A stretch of 64,000 bases of DNA from an uncultured Kocuria sp. (GTDB lineage Bacteria; Actinomycetota; Actinomycetes; Actinomycetales; Micrococcaceae): the NCBI RefSeq assembly GCF_947500125.1, contig NZ_CANMRA010000002.1:150144-214143 (forward strand), read 5' to 3'. This document shows, one piece after another, positions 50,171-59,548 of this stretch; positions within the stretch are counted from its first letter, which is position 1; each line of letters begins with the position of its first letter. Under the pieces are notes generated by a model that had not been told where the DNA came from, did no database searches, and saw only the letters and a program-made list of their open reading frames with translations. Made by a program: the position numbers and the translations under genes.

Positions 50171-50187
50171 GTTCACCCTCCGTTCAC
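50171..50187 (+). promoter_or_regulatory. PHO box (PhoP/RegX3-type direct repeats) upstream of pstS
   Basis: GTTCAC at 50171 and 50182, 11-nt period; -10 candidate TAGCGT at 50220-50225. Confidence 0.75.
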
Positions 50188-50351
50188 TTTCACGGGTCAA
50201 TCTGGCCACCTGAGTTCCCTAGCGTCTCTGGGTGAGAGGTCAGCGGTCGAACCGCGGATCCACCTCTTGCACCGGCCCGGAACTCTTCCGGCGCCACCTC
50301 GAACGACGGCCCCTTCGACGGGGCACCACTGTGATCTGAAGGGGCTATCAA

Positions 50352-51461
50352 GTGAAGGTTTCCCACCTCGGCCGTTCCGCGGCCGTTCTGGCCATCGGCT
50401 CGCTCGCACTGACCGCGTGCGGTTCGGACAACGCCACGGGAGGGGGCTCCGGATCGGAGGACACCTCCGGCTCGAGCCTGTCCGGAACCCTGACCGGCAG
50501 CGGGTCCTCGGCGCAGAACGCCGCCATGACCGCCTGGCAGAACGGTTTCCAGGAAGCGAACCCGGACGTGACGGTGCAGTACTCCCCGGACGGCTCCGGC
50601 GCGGGCCGCGAGGCCTTCGTCGCCGGCGGTACGGACTTCGCCGGCTCCGACGCCTACCTCGACGAGGAGGAGTACGAGGCGTCCAAGGAGATCTGCGGCC
50701 CCGAGGGCGCGTTCCACGTCCCCGCCTACATCTCCCCGATCGCCGTGGCCTTCAACCTGCCCGGCGTGGACACCCTCAACATGGACGGCGAGACCATCGC
50801 GCAGGTCTTCACCGGTGAGATCACCGAGTGGAACGACCCCGCCATCGCCGAGCTCAACCCGGACGCCGACCTGCCGGACACCCGGATCACCGTGGTGCAC
50901 CGCAACGACGAGTCCGGCACCACCGAGAACTTCCAGGAGTACCTGGCCGCGGCCGCCCCCGAGGTGTGGACGGAGGAGGTCTCCGGCAACTGGCCGTCCC
51001 AGTGGGCCGCCGAGAACAACAAGGGCAACGCCGGCGTCGTGCAGTCGACGACCTCGACCGAGGGCGCCATCACCTACGCCGACGCTTCGGTGGTCGGGGA
51101 TCTCGGCACCGTGGCGGTGCGCGTGGGCGAGGAGTTCGTGGACTACTCCCCGGAGGCTGCCGCCGCCGCGGTGGAGGCCTCCACCCCCATCGAGGGTCGC
51201 GCCGAGTACGACATGGCGATGGACCTCGCCCGGGACACCACCGCGTCCGGCTCCTACCCGATCGTGCTCGTGTCCTACGAGATCTTCTGCCCGCAGTACG
51301 ACTCCCAGGAAACCGCGGACCTCGTCAAGGCCTTCGGCGAGTACGTCATCAGCGAGGAGGGCCAGCAGGCTGCGGCCGACGCCGCCGGCTCCGCTCCCAT
51401 GTCGGAGAACCTGCGCACCCAGGCGCAGGAAGCCATCGACCAGATCACGGCCGCCGGCTGA
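50352..51461 (+). CDS. pstS: Phosphate ABC transporter substrate-binding lipoprotein
   Basis: Lipobox LTAC, GSGSSA, GSGAG, FAGSDA, RNDESGTT, YPIVLVSY. Confidence 0.96.
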   Translation: MKVSHLGRSAAVLAIGSLALTACGSDNATGGGSGSEDTSGSSLSGTLTGSGSSAQNAAMTAWQNGFQEANPDVTVQYSPDGSGAGREAFVAGGTDFAGSDAYLDEEEYEASKEICGPEGAFHVPAYISPIAVAFNLPGVDTLNMDGETIAQVFTGEITEWNDPAIAELNPDADLPDTRITVVHRNDESGTTENFQEYLAAAAPEVWTEEVSGNWPSQWAAENNKGNAGVVQSTTSTEGAITYADASVVGDLGTVAVRVGEEFVDYSPEAAAAAVEASTPIEGRAEYDMAMDLARDTTASGSYPIVLVSYEIFCPQYDSQETADLVKAFGEYVISEEGQQAAADAAGSAPMSENLRTQAQEAIDQITAAG

Positions 51462-51476
51462 TCTCGTTCCTCTGAT

Positions 51477-51526
51477 CCCGTTCGGTACGGGGCCGGGCCC
51501 GCGTGCCCGGCCCCGCACCGAACGGG
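51477..51526 (+). terminator. Long hairpin between pstS and pstC (partial terminator or mRNA stabiliser)
   Basis: CCCGTTCGGT-A-CGGGGCCGGGC-ccgcgt-GCCCGGCCCCG-C-ACCGAACGGG then ACCTTTCT. Confidence 0.65.
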
Positions 51527-51634
51527 ACCTTTCTGTGTGGGGCGTCTCCGACGTGAGACGCATCACCGGATCCCGGCGCCGGCACCGATCCCGTCCGGCG
51601 CAGCTCGTTCCAGGCCATCGAAGGGGCGCACGAC

Positions 51635-52591
51635 ATGTCCACCACCCTCACCACCCAGGAGTCCTCCGCGCTCGCCGAGGACGCCGCGGCCGGCGGCCGG
51701 GCGGGTGACTCGGTCTTCGCGGGGTTCAGCCTCGGCGCGGGCATCCTGATCCTCGCCTCGCTGGCGGCCGTCGCGCTGTTCCTGTTCCTGGAGGCGCTGC
51801 CCACCTTCCAGGCGTCCGCCGAGGAGATCACGGGCGGGGCCGGCTTCTGGTCCTACATCTGGCCGATGGTCATCGGCACGGTGATCGCCGCGCTCATCGC
51901 GATCGTGATCGCCACCCCGATCGGTGTGCTGGTGGCCCTGTACATCTCCCACTACGCACCTCCCCGGATCGCGAAGCCGGTCGGCTACGTCATCGACCTC
52001 CTCGCGGCGATCCCCTCCGTGATCTACGGGGCCTGGGGCACGACGGTCCTCGCGGCCGCGCTCGTGCCGTTCTACGCCTGGCTCACCGCGAACCTCGGCT
52101 TCATCCCCCTGTTCTCCGGTCCTGCCTCGCAGACGGGCAAGACCATGCTCACGGTCGGCATCGTCCTGGCCATCATGATCCTGCCGATCATCACGGCGAT
52201 GTCCCGGGAGATCTTCATCCAGACGCCCAAGCTGCACGAGGAGGCGGCACTGGCGCTCGGCGCCACCCGGTGGGAAATGATCCGGATGACGGTGCTGCCG
52301 TTCGCCCGGCCCGGCATCATCTCCTCGGTGATGCTGGCCCTCGGCCGAGCGCTCGGCGAGACCATGGCCGTGGCGCTGGTGCTCTCGGGCGGTCCGCTGA
52401 CGGCCTCGCTCGTCCAGTCCGGCAACCAGACCATCGCGGCCGAGATCGCGCTCAACTTCCCGGAGGCCTACGGGCTGCGGCTGTCCGAGCTCATCGCCGC
52501 GGGTCTGATCCTGTTCCTCATCACCCTGGTCGTGAACATGATCGCCCGCGCCATCATCGCCCGCTACAAGGAATTCTCGGGAGCCAACTGA
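51635..52591 (+). CDS. pstC: Phosphate ABC transporter permease
   Basis: LLAAIPSVIYG, EAALALGATRWE, RALGETMAV. Confidence 0.95.
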   Translation: MSTTLTTQESSALAEDAAAGGRAGDSVFAGFSLGAGILILASLAAVALFLFLEALPTFQASAEEITGGAGFWSYIWPMVIGTVIAALIAIVIATPIGVLVALYISHYAPPRIAKPVGYVIDLLAAIPSVIYGAWGTTVLAAALVPFYAWLTANLGFIPLFSGPASQTGKTMLTVGIVLAIMILPIITAMSREIFIQTPKLHEEAALALGATRWEMIRMTVLPFARPGIISSVMLALGRALGETMAVALVLSGGPLTASLVQSGNQTIAAEIALNFPEAYGLRLSELIAAGLILFLITLVVNMIARAIIARYKEFSGAN

Positions 52592-53724
52592 TGTCGACCG
52601 CATCCCTCCGTCAGCCGACCTCGTCGCCGAGCCCGGCGGGCCGTCGGCCCACCCTGACCCGCAACCAGAAGCCGAAGTGGCTCGTTCCCGTGATCGCGGT
52701 CGCCGCCGTCGTGGTGGGAGCTGCTCTGGCCGCGCTGGTGGGCTTCTCCACGGCTCTGTGGGCGGTCCTCGCCGCCGTGGTCTTCCTGGTGGCCGCCCCG
52801 GTCGCCGTCTCCGCCGTCGAGGGCAGGCGCAAGGGAGCCGACTCCCTGATGACCTACCTCGTCTACGCGGCGTTCGTCCTGGCGGTGATCCCGCTGATCT
52901 CCGTGATCTGGACGGTCCTCGCCAACGGTGTTCCGGGCCTGAACTCGAACCTGCTGCTGACGTCCATGAACGGTGTCACCGGCGCCACCGACAACGCCGC
53001 GGCCGCGGGGGACGGCCCGGTGCTCGGCGGCGCGTACCACGCGATCGTGGGCACCGTGTCCATCACCTTCTGGGCCACCCTCATGTCCGTGCCGATCGGC
53101 CTCCTCACGGCCATCTACCTCGTGGAGTACTCGAAGGGGGGCTGGCTCGGGAAGTCGATCACGTTCTTCGTGGACGTCATGACGGGGATCCCCTCGATCG
53201 TGGCGGGCCTGTTCGCGGCAGCCCTCTTCGGCCTGCTGCTCGGCCCCTCGGCGCGCTTCGGCTTCGTGGCCGCGGTCGCGCTGACCGTGCTGATGATCCC
53301 CACGGTCGTGAAGAACACCGAGGAGATGCTGAAGATCGTTCCCAACGAGCTGCGCGAGGCGGCCTACGCCCTGGGCGTGCGCAAGTGGCGGACGATCCTC
53401 AAGGTGGTGATCCCCACCGCGATCTCCGGCATCGCCTCCGGCGTGACCCTCGCGATCGCCCGGGTGATCGGGGAGACCGCTCCTCTGCTCGTGACCGCCG
53501 GCTTCGCGACCGCGATCAACTGGAACTCGTTCTCCGGGTGGATGACCACGCTGCCCACGTTCATCTACTACCAGATCCTCACGCCCACCTCGCCCACCAA
53601 TCCGGATCCCTCGCAGCAGCGCGCGTGGGCGGCGGCGCTGATCCTGATCCTGATCGTGATGCTGCTCAACCTCCTCGCACGGCTCGTCGCGAGGGCCTTC
53701 GCGCCCAAGGCCGCCGGCCGCTGA
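52591..53724 (+). CDS. pstA: Phosphate ABC transporter permease
   Basis: [27 protein letters not shown]. Confidence 0.95.
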   Translation: MSTASLRQPTSSPSPAGRRPTLTRNQKPKWLVPVIAVAAVVVGAALAALVGFSTALWAVLAAVVFLVAAPVAVSAVEGRRKGADSLMTYLVYAAFVLAVIPLISVIWTVLANGVPGLNSNLLLTSMNGVTGATDNAAAAGDGPVLGGAYHAIVGTVSITFWATLMSVPIGLLTAIYLVEYSKGGWLGKSITFFVDVMTGIPSIVAGLFAAALFGLLLGPSARFGFVAAVALTVLMIPTVVKNTEEMLKIVPNELREAAYALGVRKWRTILKVVIPTAISGIASGVTLAIARVIGETAPLLVTAGFATAINWNSFSGWMTTLPTFIYYQILTPTSPTNPDPSQQRAWAAALILILIVMLLNLLARLVARAFAPKAAGR

Positions 53725-53806
53725 GGCGCGCCGCGCCCTCCTCCCACCGGACCTCCTGCACGGTCCTCCTGCACGCACTTCCGCGAGAAAGAAGCAAGGA
53801 ACACAC

Positions 53807-54586
53807 ATGTCCAAGCGAATCGACGTCGAGAACCTCAATGTCTACTACGGCGACTTCCTGGCCGTCGAGGACGTCAGCATGGGGATCGACGCCCGGTCGG
53901 TGACCGCGTTCATCGGCCCGTCCGGCTGCGGCAAGTCGACCCTCCTGCGCACTCTCAACCGGATGCACGAGGTGATTCCCGGGGCCCGGGCCGAGGGCAA
54001 GGTCCTCCTGGACGGCGAGAACCTCTACGGTCCTGGCGTGGATCCCGTCCTGGTGCGCTCGATGATCGGGATGGTCTTCCAGCGGCCCAACCCGTTCCCC
54101 ACCATGTCCATCCGCGACAACGTGCTCGCGGGCGTGAAGCTCAACAGCAAGCGGATCTCCCGCTCCGACGCCGACGACCTCGTGGAGGGCTCCCTGCAGG
54201 GCGCCAATCTGTGGAACGAGGTGAAGGACCGCCTGGACAAGCCGGGCTCGGGCCTCTCCGGCGGCCAGCAGCAGCGTCTGTGCATAGCCCGGGCGATCGC
54301 GGTGAAGCCCGAGGTCATCCTCATGGACGAGCCCTGCTCCGCCCTCGACCCGATCTCCACGCTGGCGATCGAGGACCTGATCAGCGAGCTCAAGGAGGAG
54401 TACACCGTGGTCATCGTGACCCACAACATGCAGCAGGCCTCCCGGGTGTCGGACCGGACCGCGTTCTTCAACATCCAGGGCACCGGCAAGCCGGGCAAGC
54501 TCATCGAGTACGGTCCCACCGCGGAGATCTTCAGCAATCCCACGGAGAAGCAGACGGAGGACTACGTCTCCGGCCGTTTCGGCTGA
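53807..54586 (+). CDS. pstB: Phosphate ABC transporter ATP-binding protein
   Basis: [39 protein letters not shown]. Confidence 0.97.
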   Translation: MSKRIDVENLNVYYGDFLAVEDVSMGIDARSVTAFIGPSGCGKSTLLRTLNRMHEVIPGARAEGKVLLDGENLYGPGVDPVLVRSMIGMVFQRPNPFPTMSIRDNVLAGVKLNSKRISRSDADDLVEGSLQGANLWNEVKDRLDKPGSGLSGGQQQRLCIARAIAVKPEVILMDEPCSALDPISTLAIEDLISELKEEYTVVIVTHNMQQASRVSDRTAFFNIQGTGKPGKLIEYGPTAEIFSNPTEKQTEDYVSGRFG

Positions 54587-54596
54587 GCCGTCCAGC

Positions 54597-54657
54597 CCCC
54601 GACGACGACGGGCGCCGGCCACCTTCGCAGGGTGGCCGGCGCCCGTCGTCGTCGGGG
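54597..54657. terminator. 27-bp perfect inverted repeat between convergent pstB and pit
   Basis: CCCCGACGACGACGGGCGCCGGCCACC-ttcgcag-GGTGGCCGGCGCCCGTCGTCGTCGGGG. Confidence 0.8.
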
Positions 54658-54691
54658 CTCCGGCCGCTGGTGCCGGGCCCCCGGCACGGTC

Positions 54692-55705
54692 CTAGAGCAG
54701 GGGCGAGAGGGCGAGCAGGAACGTGCCGGAGATCGCCGCGCACGCCGGGACGGTGAGGACCCACACGAGGAGGACCCGCCGCACCACCCGGATGTTGACC
54801 GTGTGGAAGCGCTGCTGCTTCCCCGCGCCCAGGATCGCGGCGGCCGTGGTCTGGGACGTGGACATCGGCACGGGAATCAGGGTCCCGCCCAGGAACAGCA
54901 GGGATCCCGCCACCCCTTGGGCCACGGCGCCGCGGAACGGGTCGATCGTGATCATCCGGGAGGACAGGGTGTAGGCGATCCGCCAGGCCCCGAACAGGGT
55001 GCCCGCGGCCAGCCCGGCCGCGATGACCAGGAACAGCCACGGCGCGGACCCCCCGAGCGGATCCGACACGCCGGCGCACAGCAGCAGCGTCGCGAAGATC
55101 CACGCGGCCCGGCGGCCGTGGTGGATGCCGTGCCCGAAGGAGACGGCCGCCGCGCCGCTGGCGAGAACCAGCCGGGACCGGAACGTGGTGGCGTCCGGCT
55201 CGGAGTTCCGCAGCAGGTGCAGCAGGGGGACCACCAGGGTCCACGCCGCGGCGTAGGCGGCCAGCGGCGCCAGCACGAGGGGAATGAGGACCTGGTACAG
55301 GGCGGTGACCGTCAACGGGTTCTCTCCGACGAGATCCACGGCGTGGGCGCCCAGGAGGGCGCCCAGCAGTCCCCCCGACAGCGCGGTGGTCGAGGAGCTG
55401 GGCATGCCCCACCACCAGGTGAGCAGGTTCCAGCCGATCGTGGTCACCAGGGCGCAGACGATCGTCGCGGAGCCCACCACGTCGTGCGGCACGGGCACGC
55501 CCGTGATGATCCAGTCCGCGAGCAGGTACGCGGCGGCCCACACGCCGGCGGCGTTGACGAGCGCGGTGAACACCAGGCCCACCCGGGGCGTGAGGGCACG
55601 GAAGCGCACGGGCAGGGCCAGGGCGTTGGGGGCGTCGTGGAAACCGTTGACGACGATGTGGGTCACGGTCAGGACGATCCCGAGGACTGTCAGGGCCGTC
55701 AGCAC
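54692..55705 (-). CDS. PiT-family inorganic phosphate transporter (second signature atypical)
   Basis: NGFHDAPNA, WWWGMPSSST, PMSTSQ, ILGAG; paired with DUF47. Confidence 0.85.
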   Translation of the reverse strand: MLTALTVLGIVLTVTHIVVNGFHDAPNALALPVRFRALTPRVGLVFTALVNAAGVWAAAYLLADWIITGVPVPHDVVGSATIVCALVTTIGWNLLTWWWGMPSSSTTALSGGLLGALLGAHAVDLVGENPLTVTALYQVLIPLVLAPLAAYAAAWTLVVPLLHLLRNSEPDATTFRSRLVLASGAAAVSFGHGIHHGRRAAWIFATLLLCAGVSDPLGGSAPWLFLVIAAGLAAGTLFGAWRIAYTLSSRMITIDPFRGAVAQGVAGSLLFLGGTLIPVPMSTSQTTAAAILGAGKQQRFHTVNIRVVRRVLLVWVLTVPACAAISGTFLLALSPLL

Positions 55706-55709
55706 GGGG

Positions 55710-56324
55710 TCAGGACTCCGCCACGACGATGCGGCCCACCTCGGTGGAGACCCGCACCAGGGCCCGGGCGGCCCCGGCGAAGCGCCGGACGGCGCGCTCC
55801 CGCCGCATCGCGGGGATCGCCTTGTGGTTCTCGAGCAGGTGCGTCATGTGCAGCTGGTAGATGCGCTCGGACTGCTTGCCCAGCCGCAGCATCTCGTACC
55901 AGTAGTCGTCCAGGCCCTGGAGGCTGCCCAGATCGCGCATCGCCCGGGTGGTCAGCTCGGACATCCGCTCGATCACCCCGAGCTGGTCCGTGGCGTACGA
56001 GGGCGGCCGGGTGAGGGCGTAGGCGACGTGCGCCTCCCCGACGGCCAGCAGCTCCTCCGCGGCCTTGTTGAGCCAGTGCCCCAGGATGTAGACGTCCTGC
56101 CGGGGGATGGGGATCACGAACGTGGAGCGCACCGTGGTCATCACGGAGAAGTACAGGTCCGTCGACCGGGCCTCGCACTCCCGGATCGCGTCGAGGGTCG
56201 CGACGTCGATCTCGGGGGAGCCCAGCAGCTCGGAGAGGAGCCGGACGCTCTCCGTCACCTGTCCCGACATGTCGGCCAGCAGGTCCAGGACCAGCTCGTC
56301 CTCCGGGAAGATGCGAAGCGCCAT
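55710..56324 (-). CDS. DUF47 (PhoU-like PiT accessory) protein
   Basis: TFVIPIPRQDVYILG, all-helical; directly upstream of PiT. Confidence 0.85.
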   Translation of the reverse strand: MALRIFPEDELVLDLLADMSGQVTESVRLLSELLGSPEIDVATLDAIRECEARSTDLYFSVMTTVRSTFVIPIPRQDVYILGHWLNKAAEELLAVGEAHVAYALTRPPSYATDQLGVIERMSELTTRAMRDLGSLQGLDDYWYEMLRLGKQSERIYQLHMTHLLENHKAIPAMRRERAVRRFAGAARALVRVSTEVGRIVVAES

Positions 56325-56439
56325 GTGTTGACCGTCCTGGGCGTCGGGACCTGCGCCGCGGAGCACGGCGGATCCCACTGTACATGGGGCCGTCGAACGG
56401 CCCGGGGGCGCCCAGCGGTCCCGGGAGGAGGGGGAGGGC

Positions 56440-56524
56440 GGTGCCGGACCGGGAGCGCCTCTCGGCGGAAGGCCGCTCGTGGCGGCTATGTGATGGAGCC
56501 CGGGGCTGCCGCGGCCCGGCACCT
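56440..56524 (-). ncRNA. Candidate three-way-junction RNA (sRNA or cis-regulatory leader)
   Basis: 11-bp closing stem, two internal arms, own TTGGCG-N16-TACCAT promoter placing +1 at the 5' end of the stem. Confidence 0.55.
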
Positions 56525-56531
56525 GGCTCCC

Positions 56532-56559
56532 ATGGTAGTCGACGTGTCCGTGACGCCAA
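56532..56559 (-). promoter_or_regulatory. Sigma-A-like promoter TTGGCG-N16-TACCAT
   Basis: -35 at 56554-56559, -10 at 56532-56537 on minus strand. Confidence 0.55.
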
Positions 56560-56616
56560 GTCCTGCGGCTGTGGGCTCCCGCACGACCGGGCTCGCGGGA
56601 GCCGGCGCCGCGGGCC

Positions 56617-57261
56617 TCAGTCGAGGTGCCCGCGGCGCCACTGGTTCGCCGCCGCCTCGAGCTCCTCCGCGGTCCGTTCGAGCCGCTGGGTGAGGGCCAC
56701 GGTGCTCGGGACCCGCGCCGCCCCGGGGTCCACGACCGGCATCTGCCCGGGGTCGGCCAGCCGGATCCGGCCGAGCGCGATCACGCGGCAGAAGGCCGCG
56801 AACCGGTCGAGGGCGATGTCGAACTCCCCGTTGAACGCCCCGGAGAGGATCGCGTCCGCCATCGACGTGATCTCCTCCGCCCCGGGGGGCTCCGCGACAC
56901 CGGCCACCACGTGCGAGACCTGCGCGGTGCTCCGTCCCGCCGCGAAGTAGCGACCCATCCGCACCGGGTCCTTCCGGACCCCTGCCCGCAGGGCGTAGAG
57001 CCGCCACAGCGCCCCGGGCAGGGACACCGCCGGGGCCTCCGCCCACATCTCGGCGATCCCCTCCAGGCCCTGCTCGTCGGTGAGCTCGATGAGCCGCCGG
57101 CTGATCTCGGGGTCGTCGCTGGCACGCCCGCGGGAGACCAGGGCGTGGGCGGCGAGGTGGGCCGCCTCGGAGACGCGGGCCGGGTCGGGGCCGCCCTCGT
57201 GCGCGTCGAACTGCTCCGGGGAGAACTTCACCGGCTTGTGGTGGCGGGGCGCTTCGCTCAT
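56617..57261 (-). CDS. Conserved actinobacterial hypothetical protein
   Basis: MSEAPRHHKPVKF start 6 nt after TACGCT; LPGALWRLYALR, LSGAFNGEFDIALDRFAAFCRV; helical. Confidence 0.75.
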   Translation of the reverse strand: MSEAPRHHKPVKFSPEQFDAHEGGPDPARVSEAAHLAAHALVSRGRASDDPEISRRLIELTDEQGLEGIAEMWAEAPAVSLPGALWRLYALRAGVRKDPVRMGRYFAAGRSTAQVSHVVAGVAEPPGAEEITSMADAILSGAFNGEFDIALDRFAAFCRVIALGRIRLADPGQMPVVDPGAARVPSTVALTQRLERTAEELEAAANQWRRGHLD

Positions 57262-57304
57262 GCGTCCAGCGTACGACCGCGGCCCGCGGCGGGCCACGGA
57301 GCGC

Positions 57305-59176
57305 TCACCAGTCGCTCGAGGAAGCGTGCACCGCCGCGTCCCGCCACTGCTGGTCGGCCCGCTCGAAGCCGTCCCGGGCCAGGGCCTTCCACAGCCGCAG
57401 CCCCAGCGCGGGGTCCTCCTGCTCGAGCTCCGCGAGCGCCTGCGGGGGCAGCACCCGCGCGGTGACGTCGGTGACGGCGCTGAGCGTCACGTGCTGCTTG
57501 TCCCCGGAGCCGAGGGCCAGCTCCCCGAAGCTCATGCCGGGCCCGAGGACCTGCAGCTCGACGCGCTCGCCGACCGGTGTGCGCAGGGACATCGACACGC
57601 TGCCGGTGACGATGAGGTGGATGCCGGCGAAGTTCTGCCCCGTGCGCAGGATGTTCTCCCCGGCCGCCCACGTCCGCTCGACGGTCCGCGCGCGCAGGGC
57701 GCGGGCGTCCTCGGGGTCCAGCCGCGAGAACAGCTCGGACTCGACGGGCCGCACCCGGGACGGGGTGCACTCCGGTCCGCCGTGCTCCTCGAGCAGCGCG
57801 TCCTCGACCCACTTGATGGCCGCGGCCCGGCTGGGGAACACCTCCAGCGGGGGCTCGCCCCGGAAGGAGCCGGCGAAGCCCGGGTCGCTGGCCACCGCCA
57901 CCACGGTGCGGCCCGCCGCCTGCAGCTCGGCCCGGGTCTTGGCCAGGAGCGGCATGGCGTACTCGGCGATCACGTCCACCCGGCGCAGGTCCACCACCAC
58001 ATACTGGGCGTCGTAGGCGACGTCGCGGACCGTGCGGATCGCCGTCTCGGTGCCCGTGAACAGCAGGTCGCCCTGGAGCTCCACGACGACGGCGTCCTTG
58101 CCGTGCTCGGCCAGCACCGCCTCGGCCTCGGCGTTGCGGCGCACCAGTGACGGGGACTGGTCGATCGGGTAGCTGGCGCGCACCGTGGAGCGGGCCACCC
58201 GGGCGGTGTGCGTGAAGTGCAGGTCGAGGTCCTGGGAGAGCCGCTCGCAGGCGAGCACCCCGCGCACGCTGTTGCCGTGCCGGTCCAGGGGCGGGGAGAA
58301 GGTGGCCACCGCCAGCTCCCCGGGCAGGACGGCGATGATGCCGCCGCCCACCCCGGACTTCGCGGGCAGGCCCACCCGGACCATCCACTCGCCGGCGTCG
58401 TCGTACATCCCGCAGGAGCTCATCACGGACAGCACCCGGGAGACCGTCCCGACGTCGAACACCTCGTCCCCGGTCAGCGGGTTCGTGCCCGCGTTGGCGA
58501 GGGTCGCGCCCATCAGGGCGAGGTCGCGGCACGTGATGAGCACCGAGCACTGGGCGAAGTAGTCCTCGAGGGCCTGGGTCGGGTCCCCGTCGATGATCCC
58601 CGCGGAGGCCAGGAGATAGCCGAGGGCGCGGTTGCGGTCCCCGGCGTCGTGCTCCTGGGAGAGGACCTCGGGGCTGATCGCCAGCTCCCGGCCCGCGCAC
58701 CGCGAGTAGGCCTCGCGGATCCGGTCCCGGCGCAGGTCGCGGTCGCTGTCGGGGACGAGCCACGTCGAGGCGATCGCGCCGGCGTTGATCATGGGGTTGG
58801 CGGGCCGCCCGGTGCCGGGCTGCAGGGAGATCTCGTTGTAGGCGTCCCCGCTCGGCTCCACGTCCATCTTCGCGTGCACCGCCTCCGCCCCGAGGTCGGA
58901 GAGCGCGAGGGCGTAGGTGAACGCCTTGGAGATCGACTGGATGCTGAACTCGTCCCGCGTGCTGCCGGCCTCGTACACGTGGCCGTCCGCGGTGGCGATG
59001 ACGATGCCGAAGCGCTCGGTGTCGGCCTGCGCCAGCGCGGGGATGGAGGGGCTGGGCTCGCCGCCGCGGACGTCCCGCAGCTGCTCCACCACCTGCTCGA
59101 GGTACTCGGTGACGGCCGACGGGCCGAAGAGCCCCGTCTCGGCGCGTCCTTCTTCCTCGGTGCTCGGGTGCGGCAC
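57305..59176 (-). CDS. glsA: Glutaminase A with C-terminal STAS and cNMP-binding-like domains
   Basis: SIQSISK (SxxK), NPMINAGAI, GMYD, PAKSGVGGG; then STAS-like (LQGDLLF..VVDLRRV) and cNMP-like (GMSFGELAL). Confidence 0.92.
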   Translation of the reverse strand: MPHPSTEEEGRAETGLFGPSAVTEYLEQVVEQLRDVRGGEPSPSIPALAQADTERFGIVIATADGHVYEAGSTRDEFSIQSISKAFTYALALSDLGAEAVHAKMDVEPSGDAYNEISLQPGTGRPANPMINAGAIASTWLVPDSDRDLRRDRIREAYSRCAGRELAISPEVLSQEHDAGDRNRALGYLLASAGIIDGDPTQALEDYFAQCSVLITCRDLALMGATLANAGTNPLTGDEVFDVGTVSRVLSVMSSCGMYDDAGEWMVRVGLPAKSGVGGGIIAVLPGELAVATFSPPLDRHGNSVRGVLACERLSQDLDLHFTHTARVARSTVRASYPIDQSPSLVRRNAEAEAVLAEHGKDAVVVELQGDLLFTGTETAIRTVRDVAYDAQYVVVDLRRVDVIAEYAMPLLAKTRAELQAAGRTVVAVASDPGFAGSFRGEPPLEVFPSRAAAIKWVEDALLEEHGGPECTPSRVRPVESELFSRLDPEDARALRARTVERTWAAGENILRTGQNFAGIHLIVTGSVSMSLRTPVGERVELQVLGPGMSFGELALGSGDKQHVTLSAVTDVTARVLPPQALAELEQEDPALGLRLWKALARDGFERADQQWRDAAVHASSSDW

Positions 59177-59352
59177 GGTCGGTCCTCCGGTCGGGTCGGC
59201 GTGGGTGGCTGGGGCCTGCCCACCACTCTAACCGTCAGGCGGCTGTGCAAATCCGGGGGCGAGTCCCGCGGGTGGCGGGGACCGGTTCCCGGCGGGGACC
59301 GTGCGGTAGAGTGGTGCCCGCTCCGGACCGGCCGCGTCCGCCGATGGGGCAC

Positions 59353-59425
59353 GGGCCTCTAGCTCAGTTGGCAGAGCAGTGGACTTTTAATCCATGGGTC
59401 GTGGGTTCGAGCCCCACGGGGCCCA
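59353..59425 (+). tRNA. tRNA-Lys (anticodon TTT), CCA not encoded
   Basis: Acceptor GGGCCTC/GGGGCCC, D-arm AGCTCAGTTGGCAGAGC, anticodon arm GTGGA-CTTTTAA-TCCAT, T-loop GGTTCGAGCCC. Confidence 0.96.
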
Positions 59426-59433
59426 CGCACCGC

Positions 59434-59475
59434 AAGGGCCTCGGTCCCCGGCCACCACCGGGGGCCGGGGCCCTT
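59434..59475 (+). terminator. GC-rich hairpin after tRNA-Lys
   Basis: AAGGGCC-TCGGT-CCCCGG-ccacca-CCGGGG-GCCGG-GGCCCTT. Confidence 0.6.
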
Positions 59476-59548
59476 CGCCGTGGCCGGGACGCGGCCCCTG
59501 CGCCCGGCCGCACCCGTCCCGGGAGCGGCGTGGTCCGGGCCTGCGGGC

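Noticed and set aside
56486-56533. 14-aa leader peptide MGARCRAAAPGSIT over the three-way-junction RNA
   Set aside because: Its ATG overlaps the predicted -10 and has no RBS, so it would not lie within the predicted transcript.
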